64,000 bases of DNA, from contig CAXWPH010000002.1 of the NCBI GenBank assembly GCA_963666055.2, positions 1 to 64,000 of the forward strand. The letters run 5' to 3'. Position numbers and translations under genes: made by a program. Every line of letters begins with the position of its first letter. Position 1 is the stretch's first letter. Origin of the DNA: Acidobacteriota bacterium. Lineage in GTDB: Bacteria > Acidobacteriota > UBA890 > WLXD01. The notes beneath the pieces were generated by a model. The model was not told the DNA's origin, made no database searches, and worked only from the letters and a program-made list of their open reading frames with translations. This document shows, piece by piece, positions 55,329-64,000 of this stretch.

Positions 55329-57067
55329 TCAGCCGCGGGCAGAGCAACAAGAAGACAGGTCGTGGCGGTGTGATCTCCCTACTGCTGCTCGCCCTGCCCT
55401 TCGCAGGCGCCGGGACGTTCGTCGGTTACCTGGCGGGTGCCAGCGTCTCGAGCTGGATCAGAGCGCAGTCGTGGGAGATGGTCCCGGCCCGCATCCTGAG
55501 CGCCAACCTCGAGGTGAGCCATGACAGCGACACCACGACGTATCGTGTCGAGGCCGTCTACGAATACGCCTATCGGGGGGAGCTGCACACCTCGGACGTC
55601 GTTCGCTTCGGCTTCGGATCTGACAACGTCGGCTCGTTCCATCAGGACAAGCACGCTGAGCTGCAGCCCTATGTGGGCTCGGATCGTCGATTCCGTTGCT
55701 TTGTCAACCCGGACGATCCGACCGAGGCCGTCCTCTATCGCGAGATGCGCTGGGGCATGCTCGGGCTCATGGTCATCTTCGCGCTGGTCTTCAGCCTGGT
55801 CGGCTACGGCCTCATGTTTGCGGCCGTCTACGGCAGTCGTCTTGTTGCGGTGGTCGACAAGCTCAAGAAGGGTAACCCGGCCGAGCCGTGGCGTTGGGAG
55901 CATGAATGGACCACCGGTCGCGTATCGTCGGGCGCCAAGGGGACCGTGATCGGTGCTGCCATCTTCGCGACTCTCTGGAACCTGATATCAGCGCCCGCTC
56001 TTTTCTTCGTTCCGACCGAAGTTGCCGACGGCAACCGTCTGGCATTGATCGCCCTCATCTTTCCTGTCATTGGTCTCCTGCTGGTGGGGTGGACGGTGCG
56101 GGCGTTCTTGCGTTGGCGCAAGTTCGGCAGCGCTACCTTCGAGCTGGCCACCAACCCGGGTGTGCTGGGCGGCTACCTCGAGGGGCTGATTCACACCAAC
56201 ATCCGCGGCAATTTGGATGAGGGCTTCGAAGTGACGTTGACCTGCACCCGCACGGTCAGCACCGGCAGCGGCGACAACCGCAGCACCCGCGACGATGTCC
56301 TGTGGCAGGACGCCGCCTTCGTGCGGCGCGGCGCCCTCGGTCTGGGGCCCGAGGGAATCACGGTTCCGGTGCGCTTCGCCATTCCCTTCGGCGCCGCTCC
56401 GGCCAGCGATCCCGGCGGCTACCAGCCGATCCACTGGACGCTGGCGGCCGAGGCCGAGATGACCGGGATGGACTTCGCCGCCGAGTTCAAGGTACCGGTA
56501 TTCAAGACCGACGACAGCGATCCCGATCTGGAGATCGAGTCGGCCGAGGCCGATCGAACGAGCCCACACGACTGGGCCGCCGAGCTCGCCGCGATGGGGA
56601 TCGAGGAGGTTACCGGGGCTGGCGGGCGTCGTTACGTCTTCCGACGCGCCCGGCACAAGGGAGTTGCCGCCGGCGTGACGGCTTTTACGGCGGTCTGGTG
56701 CGGCTTCATCTGGATGATGGTCTCGCTCGGAGCGCCGCTGGTGTTCCCGATCATGTTCGGCCTCTTCGCGGCGATCATGCTCTGGTTCCTGCTCGAACTG
56801 TGGGTCGCCGAGATCAGTGTCGAGGTTGGCAACGGAACACTCGCGTTCACCAAGCGGCTGCTCGGGCCCGGCCGCTCCAGGTCCTTCACGCGCGACCAGA
56901 TCACCGCCCTGCGACCCACCCCCGGCATGCAGGCCAACAACAAGCTCTACTACCGCATCGAGCTCGCGACGCGCACCGACGACGAGCACATCATCGCCAC
57001 TCAACTCGACAGCCAACGTCTCGCCCGCCGCCTGATCGGCGAGATGCAGGAGGCGCTCCGAGCTTGA
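55325..57067 (+). CDS. DUF3592-like multi-pass membrane protein
   Basis: TM, W..VPARIL....YRVEAVYEYAYRG, FVNPDDPTEAVLYR, further TM pairs and a beta-rich domain. Confidence 0.7.
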   Translation: MISRGQSNKKTGRGGVISLLLLALPFAGAGTFVGYLAGASVSSWIRAQSWEMVPARILSANLEVSHDSDTTTYRVEAVYEYAYRGELHTSDVVRFGFGSDNVGSFHQDKHAELQPYVGSDRRFRCFVNPDDPTEAVLYREMRWGMLGLMVIFALVFSLVGYGLMFAAVYGSRLVAVVDKLKKGNPAEPWRWEHEWTTGRVSSGAKGTVIGAAIFATLWNLISAPALFFVPTEVADGNRLALIALIFPVIGLLLVGWTVRAFLRWRKFGSATFELATNPGVLGGYLEGLIHTNIRGNLDEGFEVTLTCTRTVSTGSGDNRSTRDDVLWQDAAFVRRGALGLGPEGITVPVRFAIPFGAAPASDPGGYQPIHWTLAAEAEMTGMDFAAEFKVPVFKTDDSDPDLEIESAEADRTSPHDWAAELAAMGIEEVTGAGGRRYVFRRARHKGVAAGVTAFTAVWCGFIWMMVSLGAPLVFPIMFGLFAAIMLWFLLELWVAEISVEVGNGTLAFTKRLLGPGRSRSFTRDQITALRPTPGMQANNKLYYRIELATRTDDEHIIATQLDSQRLARRLIGEMQEALRA

Positions 57068-57080
57068 GCCGGAGCCTGCG

Positions 57081-58070
57081 TCAGCCGGCCGCCGCCTGGT
57101 AGGCGCTGGCGATCGCCGCCAGCGCCAGGATGTAGAAGAGGAACATGAGCCCGAGGAAGGTATTGGTCTTGCCGTCGGCGCCCTCGAACTCCTTCCAGAC
57201 GAAGATTCCCCACGCCGCCGCGACCATCGGCGCAGCCTGACCGATCGCGTACGCGATGGCTACGCCGACGAGGCTCGCGGAGACGAAGTTGAAGACCGCG
57301 CCGGTGCCCCATACGATGCCGCCCAGGAGCCCGAACGCATGGTTCGCCGGTGGCGCGGAAAAAAAGCCGGAGAAGTCGACGGGCGCACCCACGAGCGGGT
57401 TCTTCATGAAGTAGACGTTGAAGACGAAACTGCTCAGCAGCGCTGCCAGCGTGAAGAACACGGCGATGCTGTAGGGCGTCAGCGGATGCCCCGCGGTGAG
57501 CGCCCGGGTCACGAACGGGGCGAACAAGCCCATCAGCAGTCCGGAGATCACACACACCACCAGGCTTTTCCTCGACACCGCTTCGCTTGCCGACGACAGG
57601 CGCGCATAGGCCTTGCCGTCGAAGAACACGGCACCGAGCGCCAGGGCGACGCCGAGACCGAGAATCATTGGGTTCCCGACCGGCTGCAGCGCGTAGCTGA
57701 GCACGACGCCGACCACCAGCGCGATGCCGATGGCCACCGGCAGCGCGACGGCGAGGCCGGCCATCTCGATGCCGGCGACGAGGAGGAGGTTGGCGATGTT
57801 GAAGATCGTCCCGCCCAGCATGGCGTAGGCGATGTTGCTTGAGTCGGCGGACGCGACGTTCTCGAGAAAGCCCTCTCCGGCGCCACCCGTGGAGCCCAGC
57901 GTGAAGGCGTAGACGAGCGACGCGAGAAAGATGCCGAGGGCGAAGTCCCAGTAGTAGTGCTCGAACCGATAGTTCTTGGTGAGCTTGATCGTATTGGCCC
58001 ACGACCCCCAGCAGATGGTGCTCACGATCATCATCAGCATCGCCATACCGAACGTTTCCGCGACGAACAT
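57081..58070 (-). CDS. DMT-superfamily transporter (GRP sugar transport / ureide permease-like)
   Basis: CWGSWANT.K...RFEHYYWDF, FNIANLLL, AYAIGQAAPMVAAAWGIFVWKEF; 10 TM helices. Confidence 0.8.
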   Translation of the reverse strand: MFVAETFGMAMLMMIVSTICWGSWANTIKLTKNYRFEHYYWDFALGIFLASLVYAFTLGSTGGAGEGFLENVASADSSNIAYAMLGGTIFNIANLLLVAGIEMAGLAVALPVAIGIALVVGVVLSYALQPVGNPMILGLGVALALGAVFFDGKAYARLSSASEAVSRKSLVVCVISGLLMGLFAPFVTRALTAGHPLTPYSIAVFFTLAALLSSFVFNVYFMKNPLVGAPVDFSGFFSAPPANHAFGLLGGIVWGTGAVFNFVSASLVGVAIAYAIGQAAPMVAAAWGIFVWKEFEGADGKTNTFLGLMFLFYILALAAIASAYQAAAG

Positions 58071-58404
58071 GTGCCCTCCTTCTACCAGGCTGCGGTCGCC
58101 GCTCACCGAGCGTCGACAGCGAGAATTGCGCGGAGTCTAGCCAACCTCGCCAACAGGCGCCATGTTGAGGGCCGCCACGCATGACGCAGTTGACGCCGGC
58201 GGGATAGGGCTGGGAGGGCGCGCTCCCGCCGGTACCCTGAGCAGATAAACTCGCCATTGCTTTGGCCACCGAGGTGCGGTGCTGCGAAACTCGAAGCTCG
58301 GCGCGCTTGTCGGCGTGACCGACCGGCGCCGCGACCCGAGAGCGATCGGTCGCGCGATCAACTTTCCGTCGTCGGCTAGGCGGCGACTCGAACCGAGGAC
58401 AATC

Positions 58405-61400
58405 ATGCGTAGGATCAGCCCTCTCGTCACCATGGCAACCCTCCTCGCGTTGGCGATGCCCGCCGCCGGATCTGCCGGGCAGGCGTCGCCCGCCGGGGCG
58501 CAGCAATACCTGGCGCCGCCAGAGGAGCGCAGCACGGATCGCATCGTCCTGCCGCCCTGGTTGCACGGTGTGCCCGTCGACCCCATTACCGGCTACCCGT
58601 ACGGGTACGTGGTATTCGGCCAGGAAGACGAGGAAGGCGACGACGACGAAGAGTCGCAGGACGACTGGGACAAGAAGGACCTGCCACTCGAACCGACACG
58701 CACTGTGGCATTCACCGCCACGGAGGGCTCCTGGCTATCTCTGGACGGCAGCCCCGCCGGGTCGACGGTGCTCTTCGACTTGCTCGGTGACCTCTACACC
58801 GTTCCGATGACCGGCGGAGAGGCGGTGCGAGTCACCGAAGGGATGAGCTTCGACAGCATGCCGAGCTATAGCCCCGACGGCACCGAGGTGCTGTTCGTCT
58901 CGGATCGTAGCGGCTCGGAGAACCTGTGGGTGTTGAAGCTCGATGAGGACGACGAGGACGAGCGCTTTCGCCAGGTGACCAAGGACAAGAGCAGCAACTT
59001 CGCGTCGTCCGAATGGACTCCCGACGGGAAGTACATCGTTGCCGCCAAGGCGGGGGCGGGTGTTCGTGCCCAGAAACTCTTTCTGATCCACGCCGAGAAG
59101 GGCGGCGACGGTATCCAGATCGGAGAAGCGAGCAGCTCCATACGCCAGATGGGCCCCGCGTTCGGCGACGACGATCGTTGGATCTGGTTTGCCACGCGCA
59201 CCGGAGCCTGGCAGTACAACGCGATCTTTCCGCAGTACCAGCTCGCGGTCTACGACCGTCAGACCGGTGAGGTAAGCCAACGTAGCTCACGATATGGCTC
59301 AGCATTCCGGCCGACGCTCTCGCCAGACGGAAGGTGGCTGGCCTACGGAACCAGACACGAGGACCAGACCGGACTGCGGCTGCGAGATCTCGCCACCGGC
59401 GATGAAAGCTGGTTAGCGTATCCGGTGCAGCGCGACGACCAGGAGTCCGTCGCATCGCGCGACGTGCTTCCCGGAATGTCGTTCACGCCCGACTCCGCGG
59501 CGCTGGTGGCGTCGTATGGGGGCAAGATCTGGCGTATCCCGATCGATGGTTCCGCCGCGGTGGAGATTACGTTTACCGCCGAGGTGGAGCTCGAGGCGGG
59601 ACCGAAGCTCGACTTCGACTACCCGGTCGATGATCGTCCCGAGTTCGAGGTGCGCCAGATACGCGATGCGGTGCCCTCTCCCGATGGCCGCCAGCTCGCG
59701 TTCACCGCTCTCGACCGTCTCTACGTGATGGATTGGCCGGACGGTGAGCCGCGACGATTGACCGAGTCGGACAACGTCGAAGCCATGCCCGCCTGGTCAC
59801 CCGACGGCGCCACGCTGGCGTTCGTGACCTGGGACCAGACCGACGGAGGGCATATTTGGGCGATCTCCGCCGCTGGTGGTACGGCGCGCCGGCTGACGAG
59901 AATGAACGGCACCTACACGCAGGTGCCGTGGGCGCCGGACGGCGAGCGCATCGTCGCCGTCCGGGGACCGGCGCGTGACTATCAGGAGGCCACCGGTCCG
60001 TCCTTCGGCGGGGGTGCGAGGGCCGATCTGGTATGGATTCCGGCTGGCGGCGGTGACTGGACGCGAATCGCCTCAATGAGCGGCCGTACCGCTCCACACT
60101 TCGGTGCCGATGCCGATCGCGTCTATCTGTATGCGGGTCGCGCCGGCCTGGTCTCGCTTCGTTGGGACGGCACCGATCTGAAGGAGCATCTCAAGGTCAC
60201 CGGCCCGCCGATCCCGGGGGCGGAAGGGCCGCCGCCGCCTGCCAGATGGGTGAAGATCGCGCCCACCGGCGACAAGGCGCTGGCACGCGTTGGTATGGAC
60301 CTCTATGCCATCGAGGCCATTCCACTGGTTGGCGCCGAGGCGCCATCGATCTCGATGGCGAACATCTCCGACGCACCGGTTCCGGTGCGCAAGCTCACCG
60401 ATATCGGCGGCGAATTTCCGGCGTGGAGTGCCGACGGCAATACTGTGCACTGGTCGATCGGCAACGCCCATGTGACCTACGACCTCGAGGAAGCCGAGCG
60501 TGTCGACGAGGAGCTCGAGGCCGAGAAGAAGCGCAAGGCGAAAGAGGAGAAGGAGAAGGCCGCCGCTGAGAAGGAGGCCGGCGAAGAGGGCGCAGACGTT
60601 GCCGAGGGCGACGAAGACGAAGCCGGGGAGGATGACGACGGCGCTGGCGAGGACGACGAAGACGAGGGTTATGAGCCGTTCGAGAAGCGCGTCGTGGTCA
60701 TGGCGTCGCGAGATCTTTCAACCAGCACCGTAGTGCTACGGCGCGCGCGCGTCATCACCATGAACGGCGACGAGGTGATCGACAACGCCGATATCGTGAT
60801 CGAGGGCAACCGCATCAAGGCGGTCGGGCGGCGCGGCCGCGTGCAGATCCCGGATGGCGCCGAGCGCATCGATCTGCGCGGCAAGACCATCGTGCCGGGC
60901 TTCGTCGATACACATGCCCACATGTGGCCGAACTGGGGTCTGCACAAGCAACAGGTGTGGATGTACCTCGCTAACCTGGCGTACGGGGTGACCACCACAC
61001 GTGACCCGCAGACCGCCACCACCGATGTGCTGACATACTCCGACAAGGTCGAGACTGGAGAGCTCATTGGCCCGCGCGTGTACTCGACTGGGCCAGGGGT
61101 GTTCTCGGGCGAACGCTGGCGCGACGCCGACCACGCCCGCGACGTGCTCAAGCGTTACTCCGAGTATTACCAGACCAACACCATCAAGATGTACATGTCG
61201 GGCAGCCGCCAGACCCGGCAGTGGATCATCAATGCTGCCCGTGAGCAGGAGCTCATGCCGACGACCGAAGGTGGGCTCGACCTCGAGTACAACCTGACGA
61301 TGGCGATCGACGGGTACCCGGGGCAGGAGCACTCGCTGCCGATCTATCCTCTGTACGAGGACGTCGTGCAGCTGTTCGCGCAAACCGGGATCACATACTC

Positions 61401-62008
61401 GCCAACCCTGATCGTTAGCTACGGTGGGCCGTTTGGCGAGAACTACTTTTACACTAACGAGAATCCGTACAACGATCCAAAGATCCAGCGCTTCTATCCC
61501 TATTCGGTATTGGCGTCCAAAGCGCGACGGCGAGGTACCGGGGGTGGCGGGAGCCCGGGCCCGGGCGGCTGGTTCATGGACGAGGAATACGCCTTCGAGG
61601 GCCACGCTGAGGTGCTCAGGCGCATCGTCGAGGCCGGTGGTCGTGGCGGTGTCGGCAGCCATGGCCAGTTCGACGGCCTCGGATACCACTGGGAGCTGTG
61701 GATGATCGCCTCTGGCGGTATGTCGAACCACGACGCGCTTCGGGTGGCGACGATCCACGGCGCGGAGGGTATCGGCGTTGAGAACGACCTGGGCTCGATC
61801 GAGCCGGGAAAGATCGCCGACCTGATCGTGCTCGATGCCGATCCGTTGCAGAACATTCGCAACACGAGCCGCATCCACCGGGTGATGAAGGACGGCCGCT
61901 TGTACGGACGGCGCCACCCTCGCCGAGATCTACCCGCGCCAGCGGGAGGTGCAAGGGATGTACTGGTCGGATAGCTATAGTCCCTCTTCGCCTGCGGGGA
62001 TACGCTAG
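58405..62008 (+). CDS. Secreted amidohydrolase with TolB-like (PD40) propellers; frameshift near 61907
   Basis: Signal peptide; repeated SPDG motifs; PGFVDTHAH, GVTTTRDP, GSIEPGKIADLIVLD. The shifted frame DGATLAEIYP... ends at TAG 62006-62008. Confidence 0.88.
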
Positions 62009-62279
62009 CAGGCCGTGGTGAAAGTGTGGTGGGTCTGGTTACGGCGAGTTGGGGCCGGATACAAGGCGGCCTGACACAGGCGATGCCCTAGCCATCGTCG
62101 AAGAAGGCCAACGCTGCAGATGGCCCCAAAATCGCGCAACCCTTCGGGCGACAGGGGGTTGCGCGCGTATGCTGCGTCGTTCCTCGTCAACGATGGGGTA
62201 ACCATCGCCTTCTCCTCTCTCCTTGCCTCCACTTCGCAAGACCCTGTCGCCAGACCCACCACACTTTCACCACGGCCTG
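62009..62279. mobile_element. 271-bp non-autonomous MITE/REP-like element, copy B
   Basis: Perfect 30-bp TIRs CAGGCCGTGGTGAAAGTGTGGTGGGTCTGG; CTAG on both sides (62005-62008, 62280-62283). Confidence 0.88.
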
Positions 62280-62551
62280 CTAGGAAGCCGCCAGAGTTTT
62301 CCGGTCGTTCGGCGGTGGCGACGCCTCCTCCAGCGCGACTCTTGGGTGAGCCAGGCCCAAACTCCGTAGATGATCTGGATGAGCAAGAACGGGTAGAAGG
62401 CGGCGAAGAACGCGAATTTCCCCAGCGTCCCGCAGAAGATCTTCAGGACGGGACTCACCAGAGGGTGGGTGGGCTCTTCCGGCTGGCGCACCAGCAGCCA
62501 CTCCAGCAAGCCCACAGAAATCAAGAATAGACCGATCCCGCCGACTGCCAA
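62267..62551 (-). CDS. Small hypothetical membrane protein (two TM); stop codon lies inside the MITE end
   Basis: Two hydrophobic segments and a basic tail; GGAG upstream. Confidence 0.4.
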   Translation of the reverse strand: MAVGGIGLFLISVGLLEWLLVRQPEEPTHPLVSPVLKIFCGTLGKFAFFAAFYPFLLIQIIYGVWAWLTQESRWRRRRHRRTTGKLWRLPSRPW

Positions 62552-62609
62552 ATATCGGGTTCTCGGAGGTAACGTGACTCCCTGAAACTCGTCCTTGCTT
62601 CACTTGTCG

Positions 62610-62643
62610 TTGACACTAGGCGCCTGATAGCTCAAGCTATCAG
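62610..62643 (+). promoter_or_regulatory. TA promoter and operator
   Basis: TTGACA at 62610-62615; palindrome CTGATAGCT-CA-AGCTATCAG (62624-62643) covering the expected -10 position. Confidence 0.7.
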
Positions 62644-62664
62644 TGAACAGAGAGGAGAGGCGCC

Positions 62665-62904
62665 ATGGCCACGGCGACCGTACGAATACCGGCGGAAAAG
62701 CGAGACATCCTGAGGATCATCGCCAGCATCGAGAAGACCGAGATGAAGGAGATCCTCTCCGAGCTCATCGACGAGTACATCGAGCGGCACCAGGAAACGC
62801 TGGACCTTCTCTCGAAGCCGGGGTGGGTCGACATCATCACTCGCGGCAAGCGAGAAGTGGAGACCGGCGTCAAGGGAAAGTCTCTCGATGAGCTGGCGGA
62901 TTGA
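62665..62904 (+). CDS. Antitoxin (ribbon-helix-helix-like)
   Basis: N-terminal TATVRIP strand plus helices; HQETLDLL and C-terminal GKSLDEL typical of RelB-like partners; overlaps the toxin gene; GAGGAG RBS. Confidence 0.75.
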   Translation: MATATVRIPAEKRDILRIIASIEKTEMKEILSELIDEYIERHQETLDLLSKPGWVDIITRGKREVETGVKGKSLDELAD

Positions 62905-63154
62905 GATCAAGCCATCCGCCGAAAAGCAGTACCTCAGGCTGGACGCGGTCACTCGTCGGCGGATCAAGGAAACACTGCGCGATCTCGAAGACACCGAGAA
63001 GCCACTGCAACACCCGCGCGTACGACCCCTGACCGGGAAGCTGAAGGGGGACTGGAGAGTGAGGGTCGGGGGCTGGCGCCTTCTCATGACTCCCGATCGC
63101 GAGTCCGAAGTGCTCTACATCTACGCCATTCTTCCCCGCGGCGACGCCTATTGA
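62888..63154 (+). CDS. RelE/ParE-family toxin
   Basis: WRIEIKPSAEKQY..L, LTGKLKGDWRVRVGGWRLL, ILPRGDAY. Confidence 0.88.
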   Translation: MSWRIEIKPSAEKQYLRLDAVTRRRIKETLRDLEDTEKPLQHPRVRPLTGKLKGDWRVRVGGWRLLMTPDRESEVLYIYAILPRGDAY

Positions 63155-63190
63155 TCTCCTGAGACACGATGGGCGCTGACCCATGAAACG

Positions 63191-63628
63191 ATGAACCGAA
63201 CGATGCACATCCACCGCGAGACACTCGAGCGGTCCACGCAGCCCGACACCGACATCCACGACCTCACCGAAGAGGTCCGGGCTGTAATCGAGCGCTCGGG
63301 GGTGATGGACGGCCAGGTGCTGGTGTTCACACCCGGCTCCACGGCCGGAGTCACCGTGATCGAATTCGAGAGCGGGGCGGTGGCCGATCTCGAGAGGGCG
63401 ATCGACCGGCTCGCGCCCACCGGCGAGCACTACAAGCACGACGCCCGTTGGGGAGATGGCAATGGCTATTCGCATGTGCGGGCGGCACTGCTCGGGCCGT
63501 CTGTCACGGCACCGATCGTGGACGGCCAGCCCGTTCTCGGCACCTGGCAGCAGATCATCCTGTGCGACTTCGACAACCGGCCACGGAGTCGGAAGATCGT
63601 CGTGCAGGTGACGGGAGTAGTGGCGTAA
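63191..63628 (+). CDS. yjbQ: YjbQ/UPF0047 family protein
   Basis: DLTEEV, GSTAGV..E, YKHD...GNGYSHVRAALLG, LGTWQQI..DFD. Confidence 0.9.
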   Translation: MNRTMHIHRETLERSTQPDTDIHDLTEEVRAVIERSGVMDGQVLVFTPGSTAGVTVIEFESGAVADLERAIDRLAPTGEHYKHDARWGDGNGYSHVRAALLGPSVTAPIVDGQPVLGTWQQIILCDFDNRPRSRKIVVQVTGVVA

Positions 63629-63869
63629 GGGGCTCTGGATTCAGCGCCACAGTCAAGTTTTAGCGCTTGGCGAAGTCGATCATCCGCTCGATGGCCACGA
63701 GCGGGATTGACGCCCGTAGGCGGCTGGCGGCCGCCAGCTGGCCGTCGTCGAACCAGTCGGGGTTGAAGCGTGAACCGAAGGCAATGAGCCCAGCGAAGCG
63801 CTCGTGGTGCCTTTCGCTTAAGTGCGCGCCGGAGAAGTATGCCGAGCAGGAAACTCTCAATCACAGCTA

Positions 63870-64000
63870 CATATTGTCATGAAAGCTGATAATGATTATT
63901 TAATTCTTTTTCAGATCAACTATTGACTTATCTATGGTCTATTGACTATTTCTAATCAAAAGAAACTACTAATAACGTTTACTACGATACAAGATGATCA
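63870..64000. other. Abrupt AT-rich segment at the window end
   Basis: Composition switches from GC-rich to strongly AT-rich; CTATTGACT repeated at 63920-63928 and 63939-63947. Confidence 0.7.

Noticed and set aside
63660-63882. Short ORFs after yjbQ
   Set aside because: No recognisable family, weak starts, and several overlapping alternatives.

Overview
High-GC bacterial chromosomal segment. An Acidobacteriota-like origin is inferred, not proven, from a VWA protein of the acidobacterial type, an ADOP-permease relic, and M14/S9/amidohydrolase periplasmic hydrolases. The standout structure is a head-to-tail trimer (909-8566) of a 2547-bp IS1-like element. Each unit has 16-bp perfect terminal inverted repeats and carries a DDE transposase, a Cdc6/STAND-like AAA+ ATPase and a small basic protein. 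The same 8-bp target sequence GTAGCTTC lies at both outer flanks and once between adjacent copies. The rest is mostly housekeeping and metabolic genes: lepA, rsgA, typA, icmF, scpA-meaB, msrP, three base-excision glycosylases, a MacAB-type ABC exporter, leuACDB with a Leu attenuator, and a chorismate mutase-prephenate dehydratase-DAHP synthase fusion with a Phe attenuator. Also present are a 271-bp CTAG-associated MITE/REP-like family with co-varying arms, a RelE-type toxin-antitoxin pair, and an abrupt AT-rich segment at the right edge. Many genes in the first ~19 kb are frameshifted, mostly at homopolymers, which is probably long-read error. No rRNA, tRNA or CRISPR array was recognised. All product calls come from motif recognition by eye, without database searches.
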